Positions 53,494 through 63,066 of a DNA stretch of 64,000 nt are shown here, one piece after another. The notes beneath the pieces were generated by a model. The model ran no database searches and was not told where the DNA came from. It worked only from the letters and a program-made list of their open reading frames with translations. Numbering within the stretch: position 1 is the stretch's first letter; each line of letters starts with the position of its first letter. Both the position numbers and the translations under genes were made by a program. This DNA is from Candidatus Staskawiczbacteria bacterium (GTDB lineage: Bacteria > Patescibacteriota > Minisyncoccia > Minisyncoccales > Staskawiczbacteraceae), in contig CAVZWH010000017.1 in assembly GCA_963778905.1 (NCBI GenBank), forward strand, positions 76-64,075. The letters run 5' to 3'.

Positions 53494-54608
53494 AAAAATC
53501 CTATGAAAGCGATAAACAGCAAATAAAAGTTATGGCAGAAAAAGATAAGGAAGAGAAAAAAGAGCCAGAATTAAAAATTGATTTAGCATCAAGAGATTTT
53601 AAAATTCCTTTTTCCGAAACGTTTAAGGGTATAGGAAGCCTTGGAGAGATTTCGGGCGCCTTGACCGTTGGAATGCCGGCGGGGATTTTCGATGGCTACA
53701 AGGGAATCTTGGATTCACAAAAAGAAATTGTTAAATCTTTTGGCATTATGGTGGAGCCTATAGCTAGAGTAGCCGGGCAAGTTGGTGAATCTTTTAGTAA
53801 AATCAACTCTATTTTGGCTCCAATGGCAGGGTCTGTCTTGGATATGGGCTTAGTTGCGAACAATGCGAATAAGCTTTTATTAGACGGAGTGATTGGAAAA
53901 GATGGTTTTTTGGAAATACAAAAATTTTCCAGCATAGCTTTTGACGCATTCAAGGCGAGTCAAGATTCATTGTTGATAGGTATCGCCAATGCGGACAATC
54001 TTGCAGGCCTCATTAAAAATCCGTCGATTATGTCAATACCTATGACGGCAACTGGATTAGACGCGCTTACTAGGGCGATGCCAATTTTCCCTACAGAATT
54101 TCAATTTCCTACACTTGAAAGGATTAGGTACGAGGATGCATTTGACGAGCTCGAAATTAAAAAGGCGCACAAGCTATTAGACGATTTATTAGGAGCAATT
54201 GATCCGAAGTTGGTAGAGGCTAGGAGAGGATGTTGGGAAACTTTTGGAAGGAAGAAATCCGATTATGTAAGGCAGGCCAGCAGCTCAATGAGAGGACTAG
54301 TTGACACATTGTTAAGAAAAATAGCCCCAAAAGATGAAGTAGTTAAAACTGATTACTTCAGGGATTCTCCAGAGGCTAAGACGGAGAAGGGATTACCGAC
54401 TCGAAAGGCTAAAATTTATTACGCTGTTAATTACGACAGTAAAAAGGCGGAGCGTTTAAGAAATTTAGCAACTGGGCTTGATGAGTTTCACCAGAATTTG
54501 AGCGCATGGGATCACGAGCCTATAGACAATGACCAGTTCGTCTATGGGTCGCTGATTACTATTGAAGGATGCATCATCGCATTATTGTCTGAAAAGAGAG
54601 CTAAATAA
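53490..54608 (+). CDS. Hypothetical protein (Gly/Ala-rich N-terminal half, helical C-terminal half)
   Basis: It is 372 aa from a TTG start that overlaps the upstream stop. An alternative ATG lies at 53529. No motif is recognised. Confidence 0.4.
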   Translation: MKKSYESDKQQIKVMAEKDKEEKKEPELKIDLASRDFKIPFSETFKGIGSLGEISGALTVGMPAGIFDGYKGILDSQKEIVKSFGIMVEPIARVAGQVGESFSKINSILAPMAGSVLDMGLVANNANKLLLDGVIGKDGFLEIQKFSSIAFDAFKASQDSLLIGIANADNLAGLIKNPSIMSIPMTATGLDALTRAMPIFPTEFQFPTLERIRYEDAFDELEIKKAHKLLDDLLGAIDPKLVEARRGCWETFGRKKSDYVRQASSSMRGLVDTLLRKIAPKDEVVKTDYFRDSPEAKTEKGLPTRKAKIYYAVNYDSKKAERLRNLATGLDEFHQNLSAWDHEPIDNDQFVYGSLITIEGCIIALLSEKRAK

Positions 54609-54890
54609 TCTCTGCAAAACATTGTAACAAATCAGCCGTACCAAGCGTCATACTTATAAGGAGAACATATTACCGAAGATTTTTCGTTTTAAACCAAACT
54701 AAGTCATCTTCGGTCACGTAGGCAAAACACGTTTATAATTTCTTAAGCAGTTTTCAAGCGCGACCGAAATGCGCTTTTTTAGTTCCAGAAAAACATTTAT
54801 TTTAGTTAGTTATGGCAATCTATTTTAAAAGTCGGCGTTGCCTAAAATTATAATCATATTATTAAGCCAAAAGGCAAATAAAAAAATAAA

Positions 54891-55181
54891 ATGGCATTTA
54901 TACCACAAACACCTCGCGTCCTTAATAGGGCAAACGTGTTAGCAATAAACCCAAACCAATTAGGAGTTTACGGAATTTATAAACAAGGACAATGGATATA
55001 CGTTGGAAAAGGCGACGTCAGACAGCGACTTTTAGCGCATTTGGCCGGAGACAATCCGGCGATCTTTGCTGCGTATCCGACTCACTGGGTTGACGAAGTG
55101 TGTTCTGATCCGCAAATGAGTGTCAGGGAAAAACAGCTCATATTGGAGCTAAATCCTCTCTGCAACAAAAAAGTAGGCTAG
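54891..55181 (+). CDS. Small GIY-YIG nuclease domain protein
   Basis: GVYGIYKQGQWIYVGKGDVRQRLLAHL matches the GIY...Y(I/V)G...R pattern. Confidence 0.55.
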   Translation: MAFIPQTPRVLNRANVLAINPNQLGVYGIYKQGQWIYVGKGDVRQRLLAHLAGDNPAIFAAYPTHWVDEVCSDPQMSVREKQLILELNPLCNKKVG

Positions 55182-55411
55182 CTTTGGGGCATTGAAAATG
55201 TATCCAAAGAATAGAACCCGACTGACCTGAGAGAAGACAAGTTACCGTAAAAGGCAGATTGGCTTGGTCAAGAAGGTGATTTACAGATACACCCCTCACA
55301 AAACTTCCTGGAAATAGCGGGAAGTTTTTATTTAGATTAAGTTTTAGCCCTTTATCCATGCTTTTTCAAAATACCTTTCAATTGAGGCGAATTTTTGATA
55401 GGGTAAATTAT

Positions 55412-55795
55412 ATGAGCTATAAGGGCGTAATAATTGAAGAAAGTTTGGGTAAAAAAGATGTTTTTGAACATGTTAAAATTTTATCAACTAAAATTGAGCG
55501 AGTGGTCGGTAAACATAAAACTCCTTGGCTAAAACAATGGACGCTTCATACGGTTGAAATTGGTGACGACAAGGCGGCGAAAGTTGCGGAGGAGCTAAGC
55601 AAATCTTTTGAATCCGCACATAATTGGTACGCCGATTTTAAAAATAGTGAATTACATTTCATAATTTTTCGCAATAAAGTTTTTAGAATCAATAGGACAA
55701 ACAAATCACAATACGAGGAAGCCAAGAAATACGGCATCTCGCAAGGGATTCCCGAATATCGGCAATTGGTATTCCTTTTGGCTGGGAAAGGGTAG
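55412..55795 (+). CDS. Hypothetical protein
   Basis: It is about 127 aa from the internal ATG (MSYKGVIIEESL...). No motif is recognised. Confidence 0.35.
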   Translation: MSYKGVIIEESLGKKDVFEHVKILSTKIERVVGKHKTPWLKQWTLHTVEIGDDKAAKVAEELSKSFESAHNWYADFKNSELHFIIFRNKVFRINRTNKSQYEEAKKYGISQGIPEYRQLVFLLAGKG

Positions 55796-55926
55796 CCGTG
55801 GGCTTTTTAGTACAGGAGTTTGACTATTCTCCAGCAGGGCATACAATTAAGAAAAGGGCATAAAGCCAAGTCAAAGGTCGGTTATCATAGTGATTATTAA
55901 TGTGATTATTAATTAAATAAAAAACT

Positions 55927-56184
55927 ATGCCAGAAAAAGCAAATTCGGCTTTCATGAAGCCGTTGAAACTCTCTGCCGATTTAGAGGAAGTTGTAGGAAA
56001 GGGTCCTATGCCACGATCTGAAGTTGTAAAAAAACTTTGGGCGTACATAAAGAAAAACAATCTACAGAATCCAAAGAATAAAAGGAATATAATCGCTGAC
56101 GCCAAATTGAAGCCAGTTTTCGGAGGAAAGAGTGAAGTGAATATGTTTGAGATGACAAAGTTGGTCTCCAAGCACTTATCCTAA
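55927..56184 (+). CDS. SWIB/MDM2-domain protein
   Basis: KPLKLSADLEEVVGKGPMPRSEVVKKLWAYIKKNNLQNPKNKRNIIADAKLKPVFG...MFEMTKLVSKHL is a near-textbook SWIB domain. Confidence 0.75.
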   Translation: MPEKANSAFMKPLKLSADLEEVVGKGPMPRSEVVKKLWAYIKKNNLQNPKNKRNIIADAKLKPVFGGKSEVNMFEMTKLVSKHLS

Positions 56185-56224
56185 TTTTTTGAAAGGACAA
56201 ACAATTTCAAGATAAAGCCACCTT

Positions 56225-56707
56225 TTAATTGAGGTGGTTTTTATGTCCGAAAAATAAGTGTTTTTTATCAGCCAACCAATAATATACCGTCATTGCGATA
56301 AAAACAATGACAACACTACCAGCTATATCTATGAGGTGGTGGACTCCGGCATATACTCTTGCCAATCCTATGAGGATAGCAAGAATCCATAAAACAATGC
56401 TCAATTTTTTATTATAAAAAAATATTACTGCCGCTATAGCTCCAGTTAAAAGCACATGGTCAGAAGGGAATCCGTTGTCTGCAATATGAAAAAACAAAGG
56501 CGTAAAATGCCCAATAACAAACGGACGAGGGTCGTAATAAAGAGCGCCCGCAATCATTGCAAGAACATATGAAAGCGGCGCTGTTATTAAGCCGCACACT
56601 ATCATGCTCTTTTGTACAATTCTCGGCCGCGTTAAAAAAAAGATAGCCGTAATAACAATTACGGCGAGATAGAGATATTGGGCGATAAATATTATTATGA
56701 AATCCAT
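56225..56707 (-). CDS. PAP2-family phosphatase (BcrC / undecaprenyl-diphosphatase-like)
   Basis: It has the motifs FPSDH and ARVYAGVHHLIDIAGS, and it is a polytopic membrane protein. Confidence 0.8.
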   Translation of the reverse strand: MDFIIIFIAQYLYLAVIVITAIFFLTRPRIVQKSMIVCGLITAPLSYVLAMIAGALYYDPRPFVIGHFTPLFFHIADNGFPSDHVLLTGAIAAVIFFYNKKLSIVLWILAILIGLARVYAGVHHLIDIAGSVVIVFIAMTVYYWLADKKHLFFGHKNHLN

Positions 56708-57016
56708 ATTTTTATATTAACACTTTTTAGATGACTTGCTATAATGTATAGCAATGTGTGACTGATAAAAATATGATTTAAACAAAAATCGTCCGTCGGC
56801 AGTTTTGTTTGTGATATAATCAAGATGTTACAAACATCAAAAGAGTTTAGCTAAATTAAAATAAAATATAAAAAGGTTGTATAATAAAGGATAACAAAGA
56901 GTATGCAAAAAGAGACAATAATTATCTGGGTTTTTAAACGGTCTTGATTGTTATTATGTGCGTTTTTATGTGGCGGTTTTTTGCCTCAACAAATAATATA
57001 GCTGTTTAAACGAGCT

Positions 57017-59530
57017 ATGAATAAAAAAGAAGTTTTGAATTTAAATAAAGGAGAATTAATGCTTAAACTTCAAGCCAATGTCGCCGGTTTGAGCACAGAA
57101 GAAGCCGAAGACCGTTTCAAAAAATACGGCCCCAATGTATTCGGCAAAAAGACCGTCAACGCCCTCAAGGTTTTGGGCCGTCAATTAAAAAGCTCTTTGG
57201 TATATTTGTTGATTGCCGCAAGTATAATCTCTTATTGGATCAAGGATTATTCGGACGGAACGATCATTTTAGCTATCTTGCTAATAAACACCCTGCTCGG
57301 TTTTTATCAAGAATACAAATCAGAAAAAGTTGTTGAAAAATTATCGCATTTTATAACCAATCAAATTCTAATAAAAAGGGACGATCAAAATATCTTAATT
57401 GATAAATCACAGATTGTAATAGGGGATATTGTGATAGTTAGAGAGGGGGATATTGTGCCAGCCGACGTTCGTCTTTTGGAGGCAGACAATTTGCAGATAA
57501 ATGAATCCCAGCTTACGGGAGAGTCGGCTCTTATAAAAAAACAACTTTCTTATGGTCAAAAAACCAACGAAAACGATTTAATTTTTGCCGGAAGCACTAT
57601 CGAGAAGGGTGAAGCAACGGGCGTTGTGTATGCAACGGGAAAAAATACCGAATTGGGAGTTATTGCTAAACTGGCGACAGAAACAAAAAAACAAACTCAA
57701 TACGAAAAATCACTGCAGTCATTCAGCTCTTCTTTAATAAGAATCACACTATTCGGCTTAGGATTAGTTTTTATAATGAAACTGATATTAAACGGCGGAT
57801 TTTCCCACCTTACGGAGCTATTTTTATTTATCATCGCCACCGCTGTTTCAGTGGTGCCGGAGGTTTTGCCAGTTATTGCCACGGTAACAATGTCTATCGG
57901 AGCATTAAAATTGGCTAAAAAACATGTAGTAATAAAACGATTATCTGCTTTGGAAGACCTAGGAAATGTTAATTTGCTTTGCACAGATAAAACCGGAACC
58001 ATCACCGAAAACAAGATGGCCGTCAATAAAGTTATCTCTCAAGACCAAGACCTGCTTTTAAAATTTGCCTATGCATCGATTGTTGATTTAAAAGGCAAAA
58101 AGAGAAGAGGACAGAATTCTTATGACGACGCTTTTATAAATTATGTTCCAGGCCACATAAAGCAGGAAGCAGAAAGACTATCAATTGTTAAAGAACTTCC
58201 ATTCGACCCTGCTGAAAAAAGAAGAAGAGTGGTGTTGGGAGATCTAAAAAATCATAGGCATTATTTAGTTGTTCTTGGCGCGCCCGAAGTGCTATTAGAT
58301 TTTTCTCATTCTGAAAAAAAATCAGAATATCTCCACGATATTAAAAATGAGGGTAAGTCAGGCTTGCACCACCTAGGTTTAGCTTATAAAGAGATATCTT
58401 ACGGTCGCGACCTCGACATTTTAAAGAACGAACACGGTTTATCTTTTTTAGGATATATCAGCTTAGATGATCCATTAAGACCGACTGCTAAAAATACAAT
58501 TTCGCACGCAGAAAAGTTAGGGATCAAGGTCAAAATCCTTACTGGCGACAGCCGTGAAGTAGCTGAATATGTTGGCGTTCAGATTGGTTTGATGCAAGAA
58601 AAAGAGAAAGTATACTTGGGCGATGAATTAGAAAAAATGACAAAAGAGAAATTCAAAGAAGCCGCATTCTCGTGCAATGTTTTTGCCAGAGTTTCGCCCA
58701 GCCAAAAATACAATATCATCGAGGTTTTAAAAGAAAAATATGTGGTGGGTTATCAAGGGGACGGTATCAATGATGCTCCTGCATTAAAGCTATCCGACGT
58801 AGCTATAGCAGTTAATTCGGCCACCGATATTGCCAAAGAAAACGCAGATATTATTTTACTTAATAGAAGCCTCGAGGTCATTATAAACGGCATACATTAC
58901 GGCAGGTCTGTATTCGTGAATGTCAATAAATATATTAAGCACACAATGGTAAGTAATTTCGCTAACTTTATTGCCCTCTCTGTTTTATATTTGTTTTCAA
59001 CTGATCTGCCGCTTCTTCCGGTTCAGGTTTTATTAACGTCAGTTCTTACAGACATACCGATGATCGCTATTTCTTCGGATACGGTAGATGACAAGGAAAT
59101 TGTCCGACCCGAAAAACAGAATATTAAGGACATAGTAGGAGTTCCTTTGATATTGGGCATCCCCTCGGCCATGCTGTATATATTTTATTTTTTAATGATC
59201 CGTCGCCAAACGCAGGGTATTTTAGAAACAAGCTTATATCTGTTTTTTACGATTACGGCCCTGGTAGTTTTTTACAGCATAAGAAGCAAAGACAAATTAT
59301 GGAAAGCTAAAAAACCATCGTCTTTGCTTAATATAGCGTTCTTTTTAGCTTTTGTTTTTTCCATAGCCATTATCTATCTGCCGCCTTTTAAAAATTGGTT
59401 TTCTTTTACGCCGTTGTCGGTGTTGTCGCTCACAATCATTTTAATTTTAACAATAGTATATTTATTCGTCATAGATATAGTAAAAACCTGGTATTACCGA
59501 TACCAGGACAGGGAGCTTGTCCCAAAATGA
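57017..59530 (+). CDS. Cation-transporting P-type ATPase
   Basis: The N-terminus is LSTEEAEDRFKKYGPN. It also has TGES, the phosphorylation site CTDKTGTITEN, the hinge GDGINDAPALK and 10 predicted TM segments. Confidence 0.9.
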   Translation: MNKKEVLNLNKGELMLKLQANVAGLSTEEAEDRFKKYGPNVFGKKTVNALKVLGRQLKSSLVYLLIAASIISYWIKDYSDGTIILAILLINTLLGFYQEYKSEKVVEKLSHFITNQILIKRDDQNILIDKSQIVIGDIVIVREGDIVPADVRLLEADNLQINESQLTGESALIKKQLSYGQKTNENDLIFAGSTIEKGEATGVVYATGKNTELGVIAKLATETKKQTQYEKSLQSFSSSLIRITLFGLGLVFIMKLILNGGFSHLTELFLFIIATAVSVVPEVLPVIATVTMSIGALKLAKKHVVIKRLSALEDLGNVNLLCTDKTGTITENKMAVNKVISQDQDLLLKFAYASIVDLKGKKRRGQNSYDDAFINYVPGHIKQEAERLSIVKELPFDPAEKRRRVVLGDLKNHRHYLVVLGAPEVLLDFSHSEKKSEYLHDIKNEGKSGLHHLGLAYKEISYGRDLDILKNEHGLSFLGYISLDDPLRPTAKNTISHAEKLGIKVKILTGDSREVAEYVGVQIGLMQEKEKVYLGDELEKMTKEKFKEAAFSCNVFARVSPSQKYNIIEVLKEKYVVGYQGDGINDAPALKLSDVAIAVNSATDIAKENADIILLNRSLEVIINGIHYGRSVFVNVNKYIKHTMVSNFANFIALSVLYLFSTDLPLLPVQVLLTSVLTDIPMIAISSDTVDDKEIVRPEKQNIKDIVGVPLILGIPSAMLYIFYFLMIRRQTQGILETSLYLFFTITALVVFYSIRSKDKLWKAKKPSSLLNIAFFLAFVFSIAIIYLPPFKNWFSFTPLSVLSLTIILILTIVYLFVIDIVKTWYYRYQDRELVPK

Positions 59531-59594
59531 TTTATTTGTAGTATAATAAAAAGTGTAAAAGGTCGGATTAAAAATATAATAAAAAATATAACAT

Positions 59595-59888
59595 ATGTTA
59601 AAAACTTCTATAATCGTAATAATAGTCATTGTTGTCGTTGTTGTTGCGGCCGGAGCCTGGTGGTATATTTCATTGTCTCAACATTCAGTGAGCGTCGCTC
59701 CGATACAACAAAATACAGCAGTAAATACTAATCAAAACAGCACGCAACCCGCTGGCAGTGTTTCTTCTGCCAATCCGCAAGACACATCTGATGCGGCGAT
59801 CAATAATGATTTGTCGGCTATTGACGGCCAAATGAACAACTTGAACGCTGATTCTAATAACGTTAATCAAAGCTTAAATAATCAATAA
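59595..59888 (+). CDS. Small membrane-anchored Asn/Gln-rich protein
   Basis: It has an N-terminal TM helix (IIVIIVIVVVVVAAGAWWYI) and a low-complexity tail. Confidence 0.4.
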   Translation: MLKTSIIVIIVIVVVVVAAGAWWYISLSQHSVSVAPIQQNTAVNTNQNSTQPAGSVSSANPQDTSDAAINNDLSAIDGQMNNLNADSNNVNQSLNNQ

Positions 59889-59892
59889 AACT

Positions 59893-60678
59893 ATGACAAC
59901 TAAAAACATAAAATTGAACAAAGTCGTTTTGTTGTCGGTGCTTGTATTGTTTGTTGCTTTGGTTGCGATTCCAGCTTTTGCACAAACAACAACTACAACT
60001 CCGACAAACACAACAACATCACGCGCAGCGAAAGCAGCAGCTAATATACAAAAAACGATTCAGCGCGACGACACAGCCATAACGCAAAGAATAAACAGCT
60101 TAAATGCACTTGTCGCTCGAGTAAACTCGATGCAGAAACTCTCAGACGCAGAAAAAAGCAGCCTCGCTACTTCTTTGCAAAATGAAGTTAGTCAATTGAC
60201 TACTTTAAAAACAAAGATAGACGCCGATACTGTCGTGGCTACGTTAAAAACAGACACGCAGTCTATAACGAAGTCCTACAGAATTTATATGCTGGTTTTG
60301 CCCCAGGCATCTATTGCAGCCGCATCAGATAGAATCCTTACAATTGTCGATTTAATGAACGGAGTCCAGACAAAACTTCAGACACGTATTACTCAATTGC
60401 CATCAACCGACAATACGACATCTATAGTATCGGCGACGTCAGACATTACTGCCAAATTAGCCGACGCAACAACTCAGGCAAATGCGGCAGTAACTGAAAC
60501 CGCATCGTTGGTGCCCGATCAAGGAAACACAGCAACAGCGTCGTCAAATACCGCAGCATTAAAAGATGCAAGGACTAAGATAAAGACGGCGACCAGTGAT
60601 TTAACTGCAGCACGAAAAGATTTCACGACCGTTGCCCAAGCGATCAAAGGACTTGGCAAAGCTAGCACCACTCAATAA
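59893..60678 (+). CDS. Secreted Ala/Thr-rich helical protein
   Basis: It has a signal peptide ending in IPAFAQ and a low-complexity helical sequence. Confidence 0.45.
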   Translation: MTTKNIKLNKVVLLSVLVLFVALVAIPAFAQTTTTTPTNTTTSRAAKAAANIQKTIQRDDTAITQRINSLNALVARVNSMQKLSDAEKSSLATSLQNEVSQLTTLKTKIDADTVVATLKTDTQSITKSYRIYMLVLPQASIAAASDRILTIVDLMNGVQTKLQTRITQLPSTDNTTSIVSATSDITAKLADATTQANAAVTETASLVPDQGNTATASSNTAALKDARTKIKTATSDLTAARKDFTTVAQAIKGLGKASTTQ

Positions 60679-60744
60679 ATATTTTAGCGGTCTATCCAAA
60701 AAATCGCCTTTTGGGGCGATTTTTTGATTGTGATATAATAAAGT

Positions 60745-61212
60745 ATGTCAAAGATATTAACAATTATATTAGTTTTTATACTGGTCATCATAATAATTCT
60801 AGGAGGGTGGTGGCTTTTTAGTAGGACAAACAGCGAAACTTTTCAGCCGAGCAATACGAATATACAACAAGGCAGTGCGGGCGATCAAGCAAACGACACA
60901 AATAGCCAGCCAAATGGCAATACGGCCACTACTCAAGGTTCCGATAAATCAATTGTTTCATTTATTTTTTCTGGATTAACGCCGGAAGTAGACGGCGTTA
61001 TTGATTACGACAACTATACAATAAATCTTAGCGTTCCTATCGGAACAGACTTAACAAGTTTGACTCCAACCATTTCAATTCCAGCTGATGCGACCGTTTC
61101 TCCGCTTTCCGGAGTGGCTCAAGATTTTACTAATCCCATTACATACACGGTTACCTCTCAAGATGGTTCAACTCAAAGTTATACTGTAACAGTAACGCCC
61201 GTGTCGGATTAG
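60745..61212 (+). CDS. Membrane-anchored protein with one copy of an ~85-aa beta-sandwich-like repeat
   Basis: After the TM helix comes the unit SIVSFIFSGLTPEVDGVIDYDNYTINLSVPIGTDLTSLTPTISIPADATVSP..G.AQDFTNPITYTVTSQDGSTQSYTVTV. Confidence 0.5.
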   Translation: MSKILTIILVFILVIIIILGGWWLFSRTNSETFQPSNTNIQQGSAGDQANDTNSQPNGNTATTQGSDKSIVSFIFSGLTPEVDGVIDYDNYTINLSVPIGTDLTSLTPTISIPADATVSPLSGVAQDFTNPITYTVTSQDGSTQSYTVTVTPVSD

Positions 61213-61446
61213 TGGATAATTTTTTAGGTTTCTTTATAAGTGAATCATGGCAGAACATCGCCGGGATAGTTGGAGTCATAAACACCACAATCTACGTATT
61301 AATATTAATAATATTAGCTATAATAATTATTAAAAAGTTTAATAAGGCGAAATACCAAAAATAAATCAGCCGTATATTTAAAAATACGATAGTTTTCCAT
61401 AATATTTCTTTTAAGAGAATTTCTATATTTAAAATTAAAAAAAATA

Positions 61447-61872
61447 ATGGAAGAGAGCTCAAGCGGTTTTACAATAATTGAATTAATTGTAGTTATTGCC
61501 ATTATTGCTGTTTTGGCTGCTATTGTATTAGTTAATGTAACCAGCTACATAGGCAAAGGTAAAGACGCGGCCGTAGAAGCAAATATGGACACATTGCTTC
61601 TTAATTCTGCAGTATATTACAATGATCCAAACAATAACTCCGACTTTTCGGGTTTTTGCACTGACCCTACTTATACCAGCGTCGCGGCGGCTGTGGGCAA
61701 TGATAATTCTGTTTTGTATGCAAACTGTGGTACCAGTCCATCTAGCACATTTGTCGCATGTGCTAATTTAGTATACGCTTCGGGAAATTATTGGTGTGTT
61801 GATAGTACTGGAATTAAAAAATCTGAATCAGGCAGTTGCAACGCAACACCTTCCTACACAGCTTGCCCATAG
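61447..61872 (+). CDS. Type IV pilin-like protein (prepilin N-terminal cleavage/methylation motif)
   Basis: SSGFTIIELIVVIAIIAVLAAIVL is the classic G/FT(L/I)IE class III signal. C-terminal Cys pairs are present. Confidence 0.8.
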   Translation: MEESSSGFTIIELIVVIAIIAVLAAIVLVNVTSYIGKGKDAAVEANMDTLLLNSAVYYNDPNNNSDFSGFCTDPTYTSVAAAVGNDNSVLYANCGTSPSSTFVACANLVYASGNYWCVDSTGIKKSESGSCNATPSYTACP

Positions 61873-61902
61873 TAAATAAAAATAAAAAATTATAATTAAT
61901 TT

Positions 61903-62625
61903 ATGGAAAAATCAACCATATATTTAATAACTATTATAATTATTGCTATCGCAGTTGTCGCGGTATCAGGAGAATATTTTACATATAAATATTATTCTTT
62001 ACTCGCAACGCAAAAGCAGGACCAAAATCAGCAGCAACCTTCAAATTTGTCGGCGCCGCAGACGCAGGCACAGCCAGCTTCTTCTGAAAAAATAATAAAT
62101 TCTTTTGCTTTTGACAATCCGCCAGCTGAAGGCAATATTGATCAAACTGGCTACACGGTGGATATAACGGTTCCTGCGGGCACAGATGTGACCAAACTTA
62201 CGCCGACAATTGAAATTTCAAATAACGCTACGATTTCTCCATCATCGGGAGCCTTACAGGATTTCACAAATCCAGTTGCATATTTGGTTACAGCCCAAGA
62301 CGGTTCAACTCAGACATACATAGCGAAGGTCGATGTCGCAAAGAGCAGTGAAAAATCAATTTTATCTTTTAAGCTGTCGGGATTTGATCCGGAGGTTGAT
62401 GGTACAATTAACGAAACTAATTACACGGTTTATGCGGTGGTGCCCGATGGAACGGATTTAACAAAATTGATGCCTATTATTACAGTATCTGATAAAGCGA
62501 CATTCAGTCCCGCATCAAGCGGTTACGAAGATTTTACTAATCCCGTTGTATATACTGTTACAGCAGAAGATGGTTCAACGCAGGATTACACGATTACTGT
62601 TGTCACCGAAAGTAACAGCGGATAA
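61903..62625 (+). CDS. Membrane-anchored protein with two copies of the same ~85-aa repeat as 60745..61212
   Basis: Two units end in QDFTNPVAYLVTAQDGSTQTYIAKV and EDFTNPVVYTVTAEDGSTQDYTITV. Confidence 0.5.
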   Translation: MEKSTIYLITIIIIAIAVVAVSGEYFTYKYYSLLATQKQDQNQQQPSNLSAPQTQAQPASSEKIINSFAFDNPPAEGNIDQTGYTVDITVPAGTDVTKLTPTIEISNNATISPSSGALQDFTNPVAYLVTAQDGSTQTYIAKVDVAKSSEKSILSFKLSGFDPEVDGTINETNYTVYAVVPDGTDLTKLMPIITVSDKATFSPASSGYEDFTNPVVYTVTAEDGSTQDYTITVVTESNSG

Positions 62626-62645
62626 AATTGTGATAGCAAGCTTTT

Positions 62646-62984
62646 ATGGAAAACCAACCGGAAATAATTTGCGGGTCATGTCATTCTGTAAATTCACCTG
62701 CAGCGTATTTTTGTTCCAATTGCGGAAAACAATTAAGAAACAGGCCAATTCCTGCGACATTATTAAGACGGGCCATCGTATACGCTGTCAGTTTGTTCTT
62801 GCCGCCATTTGGACTTTGGTATGCCTGGAAATATTTTAAGGCGGGGGACTACGATTCAAGAAAAATCGGTATTATTGCGGTAATTTTGACTATAATATCA
62901 ATATCGATTACAATTTGGCTTACACAAGGATTCATTAATTCTGTCTATAAATCTCTTAATGAGATAAATAATTTGAACATCTAA
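62646..62984 (+). CDS. Zinc-ribbon membrane protein
   Basis: It has ICGSCHSVNSPAAYFCSNCG followed by two TM helices. Confidence 0.5.
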   Translation: MENQPEIICGSCHSVNSPAAYFCSNCGKQLRNRPIPATLLRRAIVYAVSLFLPPFGLWYAWKYFKAGDYDSRKIGIIAVILTIISISITIWLTQGFINSVYKSLNEINNLNI

Positions 62985-63066
62985 TGTCGCCTATTATGTC
63001 GCTATTTTGAAAGTCGCTTTCCATGCGATTTTTTGATAGAATTTAAAATAGTAAATAATTTTAGAT

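Noticed and set aside
55182-55357. Intergenic segment containing ACCTGAGAG, considered as a TPP-type riboswitch
   Set aside because: The conserved TPP elements (CUGAGA ... ACCUGAUCUGGAUAAUGCCAGCG) are not present in the correct order. Only a plausible terminator hairpin (AAACTTCC...GGAAGTTTTT) is supported.
56708-57016. Long 5' region of the P-type ATPase as a possible Mg2+ (M-box) riboswitch or leader-peptide attenuator
   Set aside because: The region is AT-rich with no recognisable M-box conserved blocks. The tiny uORFs (for example MQKETIIIWVFKRS) have no supporting terminator/antiterminator architecture.
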